A DNA stretch of 64,000 bases, taken from assembly GCA_030264375.1 (NCBI GenBank), contig JASCQW010000156.1:16169545-16233544 (forward strand), in the 5' to 3' direction. Positions 12,501-23,539 of the stretch are shown piece by piece. The first letter of the stretch is position 1; the number at the start of each line of letters is the position of its first letter. A program made the position numbers and the translations under genes. The notes beneath the pieces were generated by a model. The model saw nothing but the letters and a program-made list of their open reading frames with translations, did no database searches and was not told the origin of the DNA. This stretch comes from Carcharhinus longimanus (Eukaryota).

Positions 12501-13172
12501 TTGTAATTCTTTGTAAAAGCATAATTACAATTAATAGCTACAAACTATATGGGTTAAATAAATGGGATTTGCAGTTATTGTCATGGCCATTTCTGTACAG
12601 TAACACAGTATGAGATGCATTATTGTACACTATTGCAAACACGTTACAAAAAATGTTCATGAAGAATAAGGTGAAGAAACAGCAGTTTCAACAAACAAAT
12701 TAACAACACTAGTCAGTGAACTAATTTTCTTATTGACAATAACAATACATGAATCATATTAATTATTGCATATTAAATATGCAAGCATATCATCTGAATA
12801 CAATTCAGTGCAACATGGAAGGAAGCTGTGCCAACATCATCTAAATTAGATTCATTATTTACCATTAAAAAAATCTGCATCATTCTTCAATAGTTGTGGT
12901 TTCTGGTTCTAATCATGCAATATCATTGGTTCAGACACCCTTTTGACTTTGTCATTAGTCTTAAATTCTTGGCCTCGCTTCTATTGTTTCAAAGCACATA
13001 ACTCTACAGTGGCCCATTAGTTTCTTTGCAGTATACAGAACCTCCTCCGTCACAGTCCATTATGGAGTTCAGAATTCAGAACTCAGGAGTGCTGGGCTGC
13101 ACAATATCTCGTCAGGGCCACTATAAAAACAGATTTTTATACATCAGCGTATACTAACCTAACCATACTTAC

Positions 13173-13202
13173 TTGCAATCAAAATCTACTGCTTCCCAAC
13201 TT
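13173..13202 (-). other. Candidate 30-nt microexon
   Basis: Acceptor tatcttatatttcAG and donor CAA|GTAAGTA. Length 3n, one open frame (SWEAVDFDC). No recognised homology. Confidence 0.2.
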
Positions 13203-13282
13203 CTGAAATATAAGATATACAGCACCGCCAAATGTAGTAATGTAGTAAATTGAGCAAATACAGGGGATTCTTAAAATTTGGA

Positions 13283-13376
13283 ATAAAACAGAAAATTCTG
13301 AAAATACTCAACAGGTCAGGTAGTATCTCTGGAGAAACAAAATTAACATTTCAGGCTGATGGTCTTTCATCAGATG
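13283..13376 (-). mobile_element. Penelope-like terminal fragment with hammerhead core
   Basis: Minus strand reads CTGATGA-AAGACCATCAGCCT-GAAA-TGTTAA. Related termini occur at 44490, 49320, 50355, 53670, 60915 and 62840. Confidence 0.6.
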
Positions 13377-14264
13377 TGTATGCTAACTGTAACAGCGATC
13401 AGAGGAGTGACAGCAAAGAATCATGTGACATCCATAAAAATATTTCCTCCCTATGTCATATTGAAACCAGTCCAATAGTTGTGGGATCAATTCTCCTGTA
13501 CGTATAATGCGGGGAAAGTAATCTTCTGAAAATGTGTCCCAGTTTGTAGTATGCTCTACAAAAATGTACAATAACTTCAAAGAAGGGAACAAACAGCAAA
13601 GATTTTTGTACTCAAGAACATTTGGACTTAAGGCAACATATGCCCAATTTATAGATGGTTTTACCTCACTTAATAGATGCCAAAGAGCTGGGAAATTCTA
13701 CAGAAGTCAACTGTTTTATGTCTGGAAAATATATTGAGAATTTGATCATACAATCTTTTGTAACTGTGGACTGAAACAGTCCACCAGCTTTAATTTTAAT
13801 ATTTTAATGAGTTTGCTGTATCAGCACAGTTGTGGTTAGCAAATTTGTCTCAAATTGACCATGACGGAGGGTCCTTTTTATTTGTTTGAGGGGAATGTGG
13901 TTCAGCTATGCATTTAGCAAGGACTGAAATATCAACACTGGATGTTGAAACAGTTTTGGTTTAATTTATGTTCAATGACAACAGCAACACCATTGTGGCC
14001 AAATGCACCAGGCATTTTTTTTTTTTATAAATAAGCCAGATGTTCTATGGCACTGTTCATGAAATATCAAAGACTAAACCATTGCATTAACGGAGTGGGA
14101 AGAAGTAGTGCATGTCTCAACTGAGCGAGTCTATCAAAGAATTTGTAGGAGATATGACTGGGGTCAATGAAGTTAGCCCATTGCTGGCTTCTACGCAAAT
14201 AATTATTTTAGTTACCAACTGATCAGAAATAAATCAATTAATTTGTTCCCTTCCTTACAAAAAA

Positions 14265-14545
14265 ACTACTTGCATATATCATCTTTAATTTGTGAAATAT
14301 TCCCAAGAGGCTTCACAGGAGCATAATCCAACAAAATTTGACATCATTACAAGGGGTGACAAAAAGCTGAGTCAAAGAGATAGGATTGAAGGAGTGCATT
14401 CCGGAATTTAGGACTGAAACAGCTGGAAGCACAGCTGCCAATGACAAGGAGAAGAAATTCTGGGTTGCTCCAGAGGCCAGAATTGGAGGAACAGATGGCT
14501 GTGGACCCAGTAACAGAGGTAGGGAGGTTACGAGAATTTTAAATT
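14265..14545 (-). mobile_element. L2-clade LINE 3' end
   Basis: acttgcatatatcatctttaa...ggtgacaaaaagctgagtcaaagagatagg...ccagaggccagaattggagga. Same family as 35825-36150. Confidence 0.55.
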
Positions 14546-15245
14546 CTTAAGTAAATAAACCTCTTTCATAAGGGGCTGCATTTTGATATTACGTAGATTT
14601 ATTGAGAGTACAGGTTTTCATAACGAATACCAAAATATATATAAAAGTTGGATTTAACTTCCATTACCAAATATCTCCCCAAGGGCACTTGATGTTTCTA
14701 ACAATGAATTGAATAAACTTTTGAAATTCAGGGCCTCTCTTCAAATTTAAATAAATATGACACTTTTAGCTTGAACTAATTTTTTTTTTGAATTTGTAAT
14801 ATAGATATGCAGAAGTAGAGCTGGCATCATCTAGAATACACGACAAAATAACAATCTATTTCAAGTTATTCCACCATTTTTCTGTTCAGCTGATGGAAAT
14901 TATCACAAAAGCTTCAAAATGAAAATGTTATTGTATTGATAAGCTTGACAAATTTCTTTCAATTTATATTACCGTGACTCATTTGCATCAAGTGCTCAGC
15001 TTACTACACAAGCCAACATGGCAGCCAAAAACATTTTTCAAAGAACACTTACTTCAAGTACATAATTTGCTCCTGATCTCTTTGGTTTTTTGAGTCGATT
15101 TTTGCTGACTGGCTATGCTTGATTGATTGTTCTCATATGTCATAGCAACTCTCCACAAAATTTACCCAACTATGTTCATTGTTTGATTCATATGCTCCTT
15201 ATCTCTTTAGTTTTAACTTGTTTTATGAGATTTGTTGCTAATATA

Positions 15246-15456
15246 GTAAAGTTACCATAGTCCCAAATGACCATAGGCTTCTCTCTCCTTTGAGGGAGAG
15301 CACTGACTGGTGGTGATTTAACCTGAGGATCACCACACCTCAGGTGAGGGACAAGGTTGAGAAGGCGGACCTTGATGAGTTGCCTCAGTTAGTACGAGAA
15401 TTGAATCCATGCTGTTGGCGTCGCTCTGCATCACTAACCAGCTGTCCAGCCAACTT
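15246..15456 (-). mobile_element. Short tRNA-derived SINE (~210 bp)
   Basis: Minus strand: agttggctggacagctggttagtgatgcagag...ggattcaattc (A/B-box-like), then caggttaaatcaccaccagtcag...gggactatggtaactttac. Confidence 0.7.
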
Positions 15457-15726
15457 CCGATATCATGAATGTGACATTTAAGCAAGTGACAAGAAGTTTG
15501 CGCGTCCACATGTATAATTAAAAGCATGACAGTATTAACAAAGAAAAGCAGTTCATAAAATTGCCAGAATCACAAGACGATTTGGACTATGATTTTCTCC
15601 CCAGTTATAAAATAGTCTGCTATATCAAGTGACATTTAAATTTCTCACAAAAGCCATTTTTGTGGCTTGATTGAAACTGTTTAATACAAGACAAATTTTA
15701 GGAAACTCAACAAGCTAACAGACATA

Positions 15727-16390
15727 TGTTAGGATACTGGACCAGAACCCCAAGTTCTATTAGGAAGCCCGACTAGACCACAGCAACTTTTCTATTTTAG
15801 CATAAGTGAACAGAGGATGTTTCATTCCAAGAGTAATTCCACTGACTAATTAGGGATCTTTTATAGTAAAACAAATCTTATTTAATAACAGTTTAAATAT
15901 ATTCTAATAAATGAAGCAACTTAAATATTAACAGTTGAATATTTAAAAATGAAAAGGAAACAACTTCAATTTCTAACTTATCACTGTTTCAGTTCCAAGT
16001 AAACAACTTTCCTCATACCGACTTAAATGTCACCTTAAATACAGCTAGCAACCATAAACATACTTGCTATAATCAGTGTAGACTGTCTTGAAGCTCAAGA
16101 GAAAGTGAGTTTCAAAGCAGCTTGCGGAAGCCTCTATTTTCAAACAATTCCTAGCCAGAACTAACTGCTTTCTTCAAAGCTCTTTGCTTTCTGCTAGAGA
16201 CCCAGCCATGCATGTAAGTCACATCATCACTTGACCCTGTCGATCACTCTAATCAGAAATCTCAGGTGAACTTGGGTAAATTTAAGTCCATAAACTCTAC
16301 TTAAAATAACTGCTTGCCAGGCCAAAATAAGTAATTATCCTGCTCTCCTCTGACTTGCATTCCCAGCAGACATACCAACCACCTGTAACA
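15727..16390 (-). mobile_element. Solo LTR (Gypsy-type)
   Basis: TGTTA...TAACA inverted termini. The reverse complement of 15727-15890 aligns with the 3' end of 56679-57938. No exact TSD seen. Confidence 0.6.
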
Positions 16391-17899
16391 TACAGCTGAA
16401 ATTTTAAACATTTTGCCTTAAACATAAAAAAACTACATATATTGCACCAGCATCACACGTGAATTTATGTACCATCTTTCACATCCTCAGGGTATCCAGA
16501 GTGATTTACAATCAAGATTTACTTTTTCAAAAAGTACTATGTCAACAAAATCAGTTAATTTTATGTACAGTAAAGTCCTATAAGCAGTAAACAAATGATT
16601 GGCCAGATAACCTGCTTTGGCAGTGGGAAGAAGAATGCTGGATAAGAGAAATCTCTTTTTCACATAACCACAGTCTAATGTTTTATGTCAATGTGACACT
16701 CCCTCAGGTAATGAAGAGAAGAATGCTGGCCAAGACACCAAGGTCCATACTTTTCACATAATCTCAGATTAATATTTTATCTGTCAATGTAAATTCCTTC
16801 AGTTAGGAACAAAGTGCTAGTATTGACTATGCCCCAGCCTATGGTGGAGCCATATGAAATTCCATCTCAGAAATCATGAGTTACCAACCAAGCAAAGATG
16901 GCATCAACATCTGATGCTATTATTGTGAGACGGCTAGCTCAGCACAAACCAGGAATGAATCTTTTCATCTTTTCAGTTCAATTGCACTCTCTTGACCAAC
17001 TAAGTAATGAGGGGAACCTGCGGCAGTATTTAAACTAAATTCAACACCCAGTTCCTTGAGAAATGCAACCAATAATTTATGCTGACAGGGAGGCACTTTG
17101 CTAAAACTAGTGGAAAGATTAACACTTTGTCCAATGACAGTGATTAAGGGAAAATCATACCAGGCTGATTCTAGGTTTTAAACACTCAATTCATCTATAT
17201 TTTAAAGTCAAGGACATCCCATTTATAAACCACAGGACAAACCATGTTATCAGCAGTGCTAGATTTACAGGAAAAAATAACTTTAGCAAAGTAAGAAAAA
17301 CAAATTTCTTAAATCTCTTATTTCTAAAAGCCAGTAGTCATTTGTCATGTCCATCAAATTTATGACTTTTTTTATTCACACATTACAACATATCTTCTAA
17401 CATGTTCAACCCTTCAAAGAAAGTTTCAGATGCAGGAGATTAAAATTCAATTTGAACACTGCAATGTAATTTTCTTGGACAACCAGATAACCTACTTGTT
17501 ATGTTTCCAGTTTTCATCAACAGACTTGAGGCTTTAAACCATTCCCTTGATCTTAAGCAAATCTCCAAATATCGGAGACGCAGTAATGAAAGAACAAGAA
17601 ATAGGCTGAAGAACAGAGAAAGGTTGCAAATGAATTCAGGAAAAAGCAAAAGGGATCACCAATCCATTACAAAATGTTGGCATTCACCTCCAAGTCCTCC
17701 AGCCTCTGCACCTATCACAGGACTCTGGCCAAAACATCCTCAATGTAAAAATTTTAGACTCCACTCTTCCTTTTATGTCCCATGTCACAGCATATTTTGC
17801 ATTATTCTCTGACAATAGGATTCTCAAACCTTCTTAAAAATGTACAGTAGGAAGTCTCACAATACCATGTTAAAATTCAACAGGTTTATTTGGTAGCAT

Positions 17900-17932
17900 G
17901 CGCGTTCGGAGTGATGCTCCTTCATCAGGTGA
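17900..17932 (-). ncRNA. Degenerate minimal hammerhead ribozyme motif (left pLTR)
   Basis: CTGATGA-A-GGAG-CATCA-CTCC-GAAC. Stem II is intact, but GAAA has become GAAC. Confidence 0.6.
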
Positions 17933-18432
17933 GGGAGAGTTGGGTTTACAAAGAGGGCATGTACCAACACAGATTCAATTACAAGATAATAGTTGGATTG
18001 CGAGTCTTAACAGGTAATCAAGTCTTTACAGATGCAGACAATGCGATTGGAGAGAGAGGGTTAAGCACAAGTTAGAGGGGTGAATTGTCTCAAGCCAGGA
18101 CAGTTAGTTCCCCTTCCTATCAGGGAACACTTCAGCAGTCAAAGGCGTTCAGCCTCTGATCTTCAGGTTAGCATTTTCCAAGACGCCCTTCAAGACAGAC
18201 GACAATACAGGACTGCTGAGCAGAAACTGAGGATGGCCATCTTGGGTTCGTGTCATACTACTTGTAACCAGTTGGTCTGGGCTTGCAAAATTTTACTAAC
18301 TGTGCTGGCTTGAGATAATTCACACCTCTTTAACCTGTGCTTAACCCTCTCTCCACTCGCATTGTCTGTAACTGTTAATACTCGCATTTCAACCATTACC
18401 TTGTAATTGAGTCTGTGAACCCAATTCTCCAC

Positions 18433-18466
18433 TCACCTGATGAAGCAGCAGTGCTCCAAAAGCTTG
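18433..18466 (+). ncRNA. Degenerate minimal hammerhead ribozyme motif (right pLTR)
   Basis: CTGATGA-A-GCAGC-AGT-GCTCC-AAAA. GAAA has become AAAA, consistent with CpG decay. Confidence 0.55.
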
Positions 18467-18558
18467 TGCTACCAAATAAACCTGTTGGACTTTAACCTGT
18501 GTTGAGACACTTCTTACCATCCCAGTCCAAAGCCAGCACCTCCACATCTTAAAAACGT

Positions 18559-18700
18559 GTTCTGGGACATGAACGATACTGCCCAGGAAATATTTATTCT
18601 GATTTGCAAGTCAACTTCAGTGTGGCTGGGACTGGAGTCATACGCAGTCCAGACCAGTTTCGGGGTAGCCGGTTCCCTTCTTTAAGGTAATTAGTGCTAT
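18559..18700 (-). mobile_element. 3' half of the 3905-type SINE
   Basis: ggactggagtcatacgcagtccagacc...ggttcccttctttaag..attagtg matches 3985-4055. Confidence 0.55.
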
Positions 18701-18754
18701 CAGATGTCATAGAGCTCTTTGATAACATAGCAAGTAAATATGTTGCCAAAAATG

Positions 18755-19060
18755 AGGGAAAAAAATTGCTTGCAATGTATTGTGCTCTGGTCAAAGAACA
18801 CATCATGTTCTGCACCCAAGTACAGACACCATGGTATAAGGCAGACTCAATGACCTTGAATTTAATACAGAGAAGTGCCAGGATATAGATCCTTATTGTC
18901 AGACTACTGAGTTACAAGCAAAGAATAGAGAAACATAAGCTTTTCTGAGGAGGACCCAGAGCCACATAAGATAGTAAATGGTACGGAAAGGTCAAAGTAA
19001 ATCTTGATCTCAAACTAAATCATGATTTCAAGACAAGGGATTATAAGTTTAAACTGGGGA
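18755..19060 (+). mobile_element. Very old CR1 ORF2 C-terminal fragment
   Basis: LLAMYCALVKEHIMFCTQVQTPWYKADSMTLNLIQRSA resembles CR1 LQLYKxLVRxHLEYCxQFWxPxYRKDxxxLERVQRR as seen in ORF 40480-41232. Confidence 0.6.
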
Positions 19061-20954
19061 AAAGCACGTCACGGGAACGATTGCAGGATATTTTCATGTA
19101 ATCAAAAGGTAGGATGGGCATCTAACAAAGATGACAAAAGCAAAGAAAAACACAGGTGGATGTGGACAGCAGGGTAAAGTACATTTTTTCTGGATGGATG
19201 AGCCAAGATAGTTTAAAATGTCTATCATGTGGCAAGTGTTAGAGGTCCATGTAGATAGACAATAGATGAAATTAAGATCTGGCTTGGCTAGATAGAGTGC
19301 ACCCAATCCGCCCCCTGCAAACAAGAAACCTGATGATCATCACTATCTAGACACATACACTTTAATTATCACTTTGGACATTATACTAAAGGAATTCCTT
19401 CCTGATTCCCAGGAAGGAATCAATAACTTTAGAAAAAATTGGAGGAAGAAAACAGCAAGAAGAAAACTGGTGAGAGAAAACAACAAGAAATTGTGTTTAA
19501 TAAAATCGCTTCTGTTGTTATTGCACCTACACCAGTAGTCTGGGTTTACAACCCACTGTTCAAGGAGCAGGTTTGCCAGGTTGCGAATTCCTAATAGAAT
19601 GATAAACCATCATGTATTGGTCTCAGCCCTCCAAGCTCAAGAATAAAGGAATATTAGAGCTAAAAACTAATTACTAAAATATGTACAAAATGTGCAGAGA
19701 GAATAATGAAGATATATTGAATGTGTTTTGAAAGAGTATCCCATGATACACTCAGTATCTCGTGTTAAATTGCTATGTTGGGCTCTCATTTCTGGCTTCA
19801 GCACAGTATGGAAATTCTTACAGGATGTATTGACTCATTGCCTCAAGTCTTCCTATGCCTTTTGTTCAAAGCAGGATTTTCAAATCTTTATGCCTGACTC
19901 AGTTTTCCATTTCAGATCCAAGAACCGAACCCTGCAGTGAATTTGTAAGAAACCTGAGGAGGATGTACAGCAATGAATGAAAACATCACAAGAATTTCTA
20001 CACAGTTCTGAGGAGAGAAATAAGAAAACAAGCCTACTTATCTTGTACAATCATCCACAGAACATCAAGAAAATCTTACAAGTTAATATACAGACTAAAT
20101 ATTGTGCAGTGTATACTTTACATAATTAAACAGCATTATCTCGAGGCACTCCAAGCACATCAATATAGCTGTTGTTCTTCTTGGAATTGTTAGGATATTG
20201 AATTGTTAGGAGGACTAGTTTTCCAAATCCTTAATCTGTTGAAAGAGATATTGTGCAGAGAACAATTCCAATTACCCAAACATTGCCATAATGTGAACCC
20301 ATTCATTTTGTTTTACCTTCCTTTTGTTTAAATATGTCAATTAAAAATGCATAGCTCCCTCAGTCAGATGGCAGAGATTACCAGCTTGGTTATTGTACTG
20401 CCTGAGGTACACACAGGCTAGCTTCATTTTCTGCAGCACTGGGGTAGAACAAGTAAATGGAACATTTTATTTTTGTCTCTATGTTGGCCTAAAGCAAATT
20501 CTTATCCTTTAAGCTCAGTCAGAAAGAGAACCTTCGCTGTTTCCTCAACTATGAAAAAATGAAAATGATGACAGTATTATTACTTCATTACACACTATCA
20601 TTCCTCTACTGTATTCCCTTTGACTACAGTTCTGGGATAATTAGCAGTGTCTCCAGAGTTGTGTGAATTGTTACAATACAAACTAGGTGGGGGTAGGAAA
20701 ATCACACTTTAACCATTACATTTCATTTGTTGGCTAAAACTGATCGTGCACAAATACTTCACCCCATTACACAGCTCAAATGCTATTTCAAGATTAAATC
20801 CAGATGCTCTTAATTGGGGCATTTTATGTGGTTGAAGAGAACATTGCACTAAAGTGCTACAAACCCATCATTATCGTATTAGGTGTGAACTTGGGTGCAA
20901 TTTCAGTATTGCGCCCGGAGTCACAATTTAAACCCTACCCTGGAGAATGATGCA

Positions 20955-21150
20955 GATTATCTAGGTTGACACATCAATTCAGTCCTGAGGGAGAGCTGCA
21001 TTGGCAGAGGAAGACTATCAGATGAGACTTTAAACCGAAGCCTTGTGTGCCCTCTGACGTGGATGCAAGAGATCCCATGGCACTACTCAAAACAAAGCAG
21101 GGAAGTTCTTCAACATCCACATCAATATACTTTCTTCAAACACAACAACG
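20955..21150 (+). mobile_element. DeuSINE/SacSINE1-like SINE, partial
   Basis: ctgagggagagctgcattggcagagg...tcagatgagactttaaaccgaagcc...aagagatcccatggcacta. Confidence 0.7.
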
Positions 21151-21694
21151 TAATTATGACGAAAGCACAATTCACTATGCTGCAGAATGTTAGAACAAGC
21201 AGTCCACCCAATTTCTTACCCATGTGACAGTGGGAGGAGTGATGATGAGGTGTTTCCACTGTGGGAAGTAATGTGGATGAAAGAGGCGAAAATCATAAAC
21301 CTGAGCCTCCAAAGACCAGACATGTAGTGATCAAATAAACAATTAGATGGTAGCACTGGGAGAGGCTTATTGTATAATTAGCTCATACCTGCTGTCCTAT
21401 CCATTTGGCATATGTGTGCACACCACAGGAAAACAAACACAGTGAAAGAAAAATATAACATTTAAAAAGAGAAAAAACAGTGATCAGTGAGCTTGGCAAT
21501 ATTGTGAAGATCATGATGCGAGAGGGATGCCCTAACAGCCATTCTTNNNNNNNNNNNNNNNNNNNNNNNNNNNNNNNNNNNNNNNNNNNNNNNNNNNNNN
21601 NNNNNNNNNNNNNNNNNNNNNNNNNNNNNNNNNNNNNNNNNNNNNNCAACATTGGGCAGGAAAATGGTAACTTTTACAACTGTAGCAAATGGGA

Positions 21695-22550
21695 ACACAA
21701 GAAATAGAAGAAGTGGCCACCAGGCCCTTCAAGCCTGTCCCACTATTCAGTTCAATCATGCCTGATCTATGCCAACCTCAACTCTTTTTCTGTGCCATTT
21801 CCTCACAGCCCTCTCTATTCCTCGACCTAACAAATATTTACCCACCTCCACTTTGAATATTCCAAATCATCCAGCCTCCTTTGGGACAGAGAATTCCAAA
21901 GATTCACCGTCCCTTTGAGAAGAATTTCTCTGCACCTCAGTTTTAAATGACTGGCTATGTCCCTTTGTTCAAGGCTCTCCCACTAATGAAAACATCTCAA
22001 CGGTATATTTGATTAAAGGCCACTTTTCACTCCTCTAAACTCCAAGGAATATGAAGCCAGGCTATTTAGTCTCTCTTGATAGGACATCTCTCTCATCCCA
22101 GGAATTAGTTTAGTGGATCTTCTGTGGACTGCACAGAATTGCTACACTGCGGGAGGTCATCATTCGGCCTATCAAGTCTGCACCAACTCTCCAACTGAGC
22201 AACTTTCTCAGGCCCAATTCCACCCCCCCCCATGTATTTGCCCCACTAATCTCCGTAACCTTGACATCTTGGGAAACTAAGAGATAATTTAACATGACCA
22301 ATCCACCTAACCTGCAGATCTTTGGACTGTGGGAGGAACTGGAGCACCTGGAGGAAACCCATGCAGACAGGGAGAAAATGTGCAAACTCCACGTAGTCAC
22401 CCAAGGTCAGAACTGAACCTGGATCCCTGGCAATGTGAGGCAGTACAAAGCATTGTGCCATCATGCCTGCAAGGGGACCAAAGCTGTATGTAGTATTCCA
22501 GGTGAGACCTCACCAACACTCTACAATTTCAGCAAAACCTCCCTATTTTA
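21695..22550 (-). mobile_element. CR1-clade LINE 3' fragment interrupted by an HE1 SINE
   Basis: aagaaatagaagaag...ggcccttcaagcctg 3' UTR. It resumes at ggggaccaaagctgtatgtagtattccaggtg (antisense of HLEYxxQxWSP). Confidence 0.7.
22134..22468 (-). mobile_element. HE1-type V-SINE, near full length
   Basis: tRNA head, V-domain block ctttggactgtgggaggaactggagcacctggaggaaacccatgcagacag, and HER1-like tail. Confidence 0.9.
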
Positions 22551-23539
22551 GGCAATACTTTTAAATCAGAGTACCAGAAAGCAGATTGCCCCATCATAAT
22601 TGTTTTGATTACGGCTGAATTACTTACAAGTTCTAAAAGATTTGCAAAGAAATTGCTTGAAGGAAATGAAACTCAATTAGTGTCAGAAAACTAGGGCTAG
22701 AACCTGTTCTTCTTTCCCTTGGCAACTGCTGCTGTTATGAAGCTCAAGGGGCATACACTAAGAACATAGCGAAACCCATTTAAAGGGGCTTGAATGTTTT
22801 AACATTCTTAAAAAATAATTAAAATGCAAAAGAAAGCCCTTGACCCTAAATGGTGGTAAATTACTTTAATCAATTTACCTTTTAAACTAAAATGGCACAT
22901 TTTTAGGAGTCATTCATTCATAAACGTGTCCAGTCCTCCTGCCATTATTCTTGATTGTAGATCGTGAAGGATAAGACTGGAAGCCTTCTGAGTTGTGTTA
23001 CATTTCAGACAGTGCGAGAAATCCAGGGACTGACTATGGGGCAGGAGCAGTGGAGAACTGGTCCCCCTCCTGGATTTGAAATGACAGATTCATTGAACAA
23101 ACACAATTTTGCCTCTTCTAACAGTTACCAGAGCAATTAAAAAAATATAAATTGCTGTCTACTTTTTACAAGCCGTTGATAGTAGATTTGCTGTATTATC
23201 TGCTATTAAGGCTGCCAGAACGGATTAGTTCTGAAAACTAAACTGCCACAAGATAAAGTATCTTCCATGTGGCAGAATCATTTTCATAAAATGTTATGGT
23301 TCTGATAAATCCCACAAAGATAAAATCCAGGTCAAGTCATCTGTACTGGGACATCAGGTTGTAATCACGCAAGATTAAAGTTGTTTTTACACCCTGCAAA
23401 CAAAATACAATGGCTGGCTCTTAGAAATTCAACCAACAGCTAAATGTAAAACTGCCCAGATGCTCTTAGACCAACTGAAATATTTCCAGCTGTGCTTCCA
23501 TTGCTGGAAACAAAAGGATGATATCAGCAAAAGCAGCAT

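Larger units (their letters stand above)
17844..18546 (+). mobile_element. Penelope-like element with inverted pLTR, GIY-YIG C-terminal remnant and 12-bp TSD
   Basis: Inverted arms at ~17847-18108 and 18295-18517. Internal peptide PIREHFSSQ..SASDLQVSIFQ..LQD..QYRTAEQKL. Flanking repeat tcttaaaaa(t/c)gt at 17832-17843 and 18547-18558. Confidence 0.85.

Noticed and set aside
17501-17812. 103-aa basic ORF
   Set aside because: No recognisable homology. The length is within chance expectation and the composition follows an A-rich tract.
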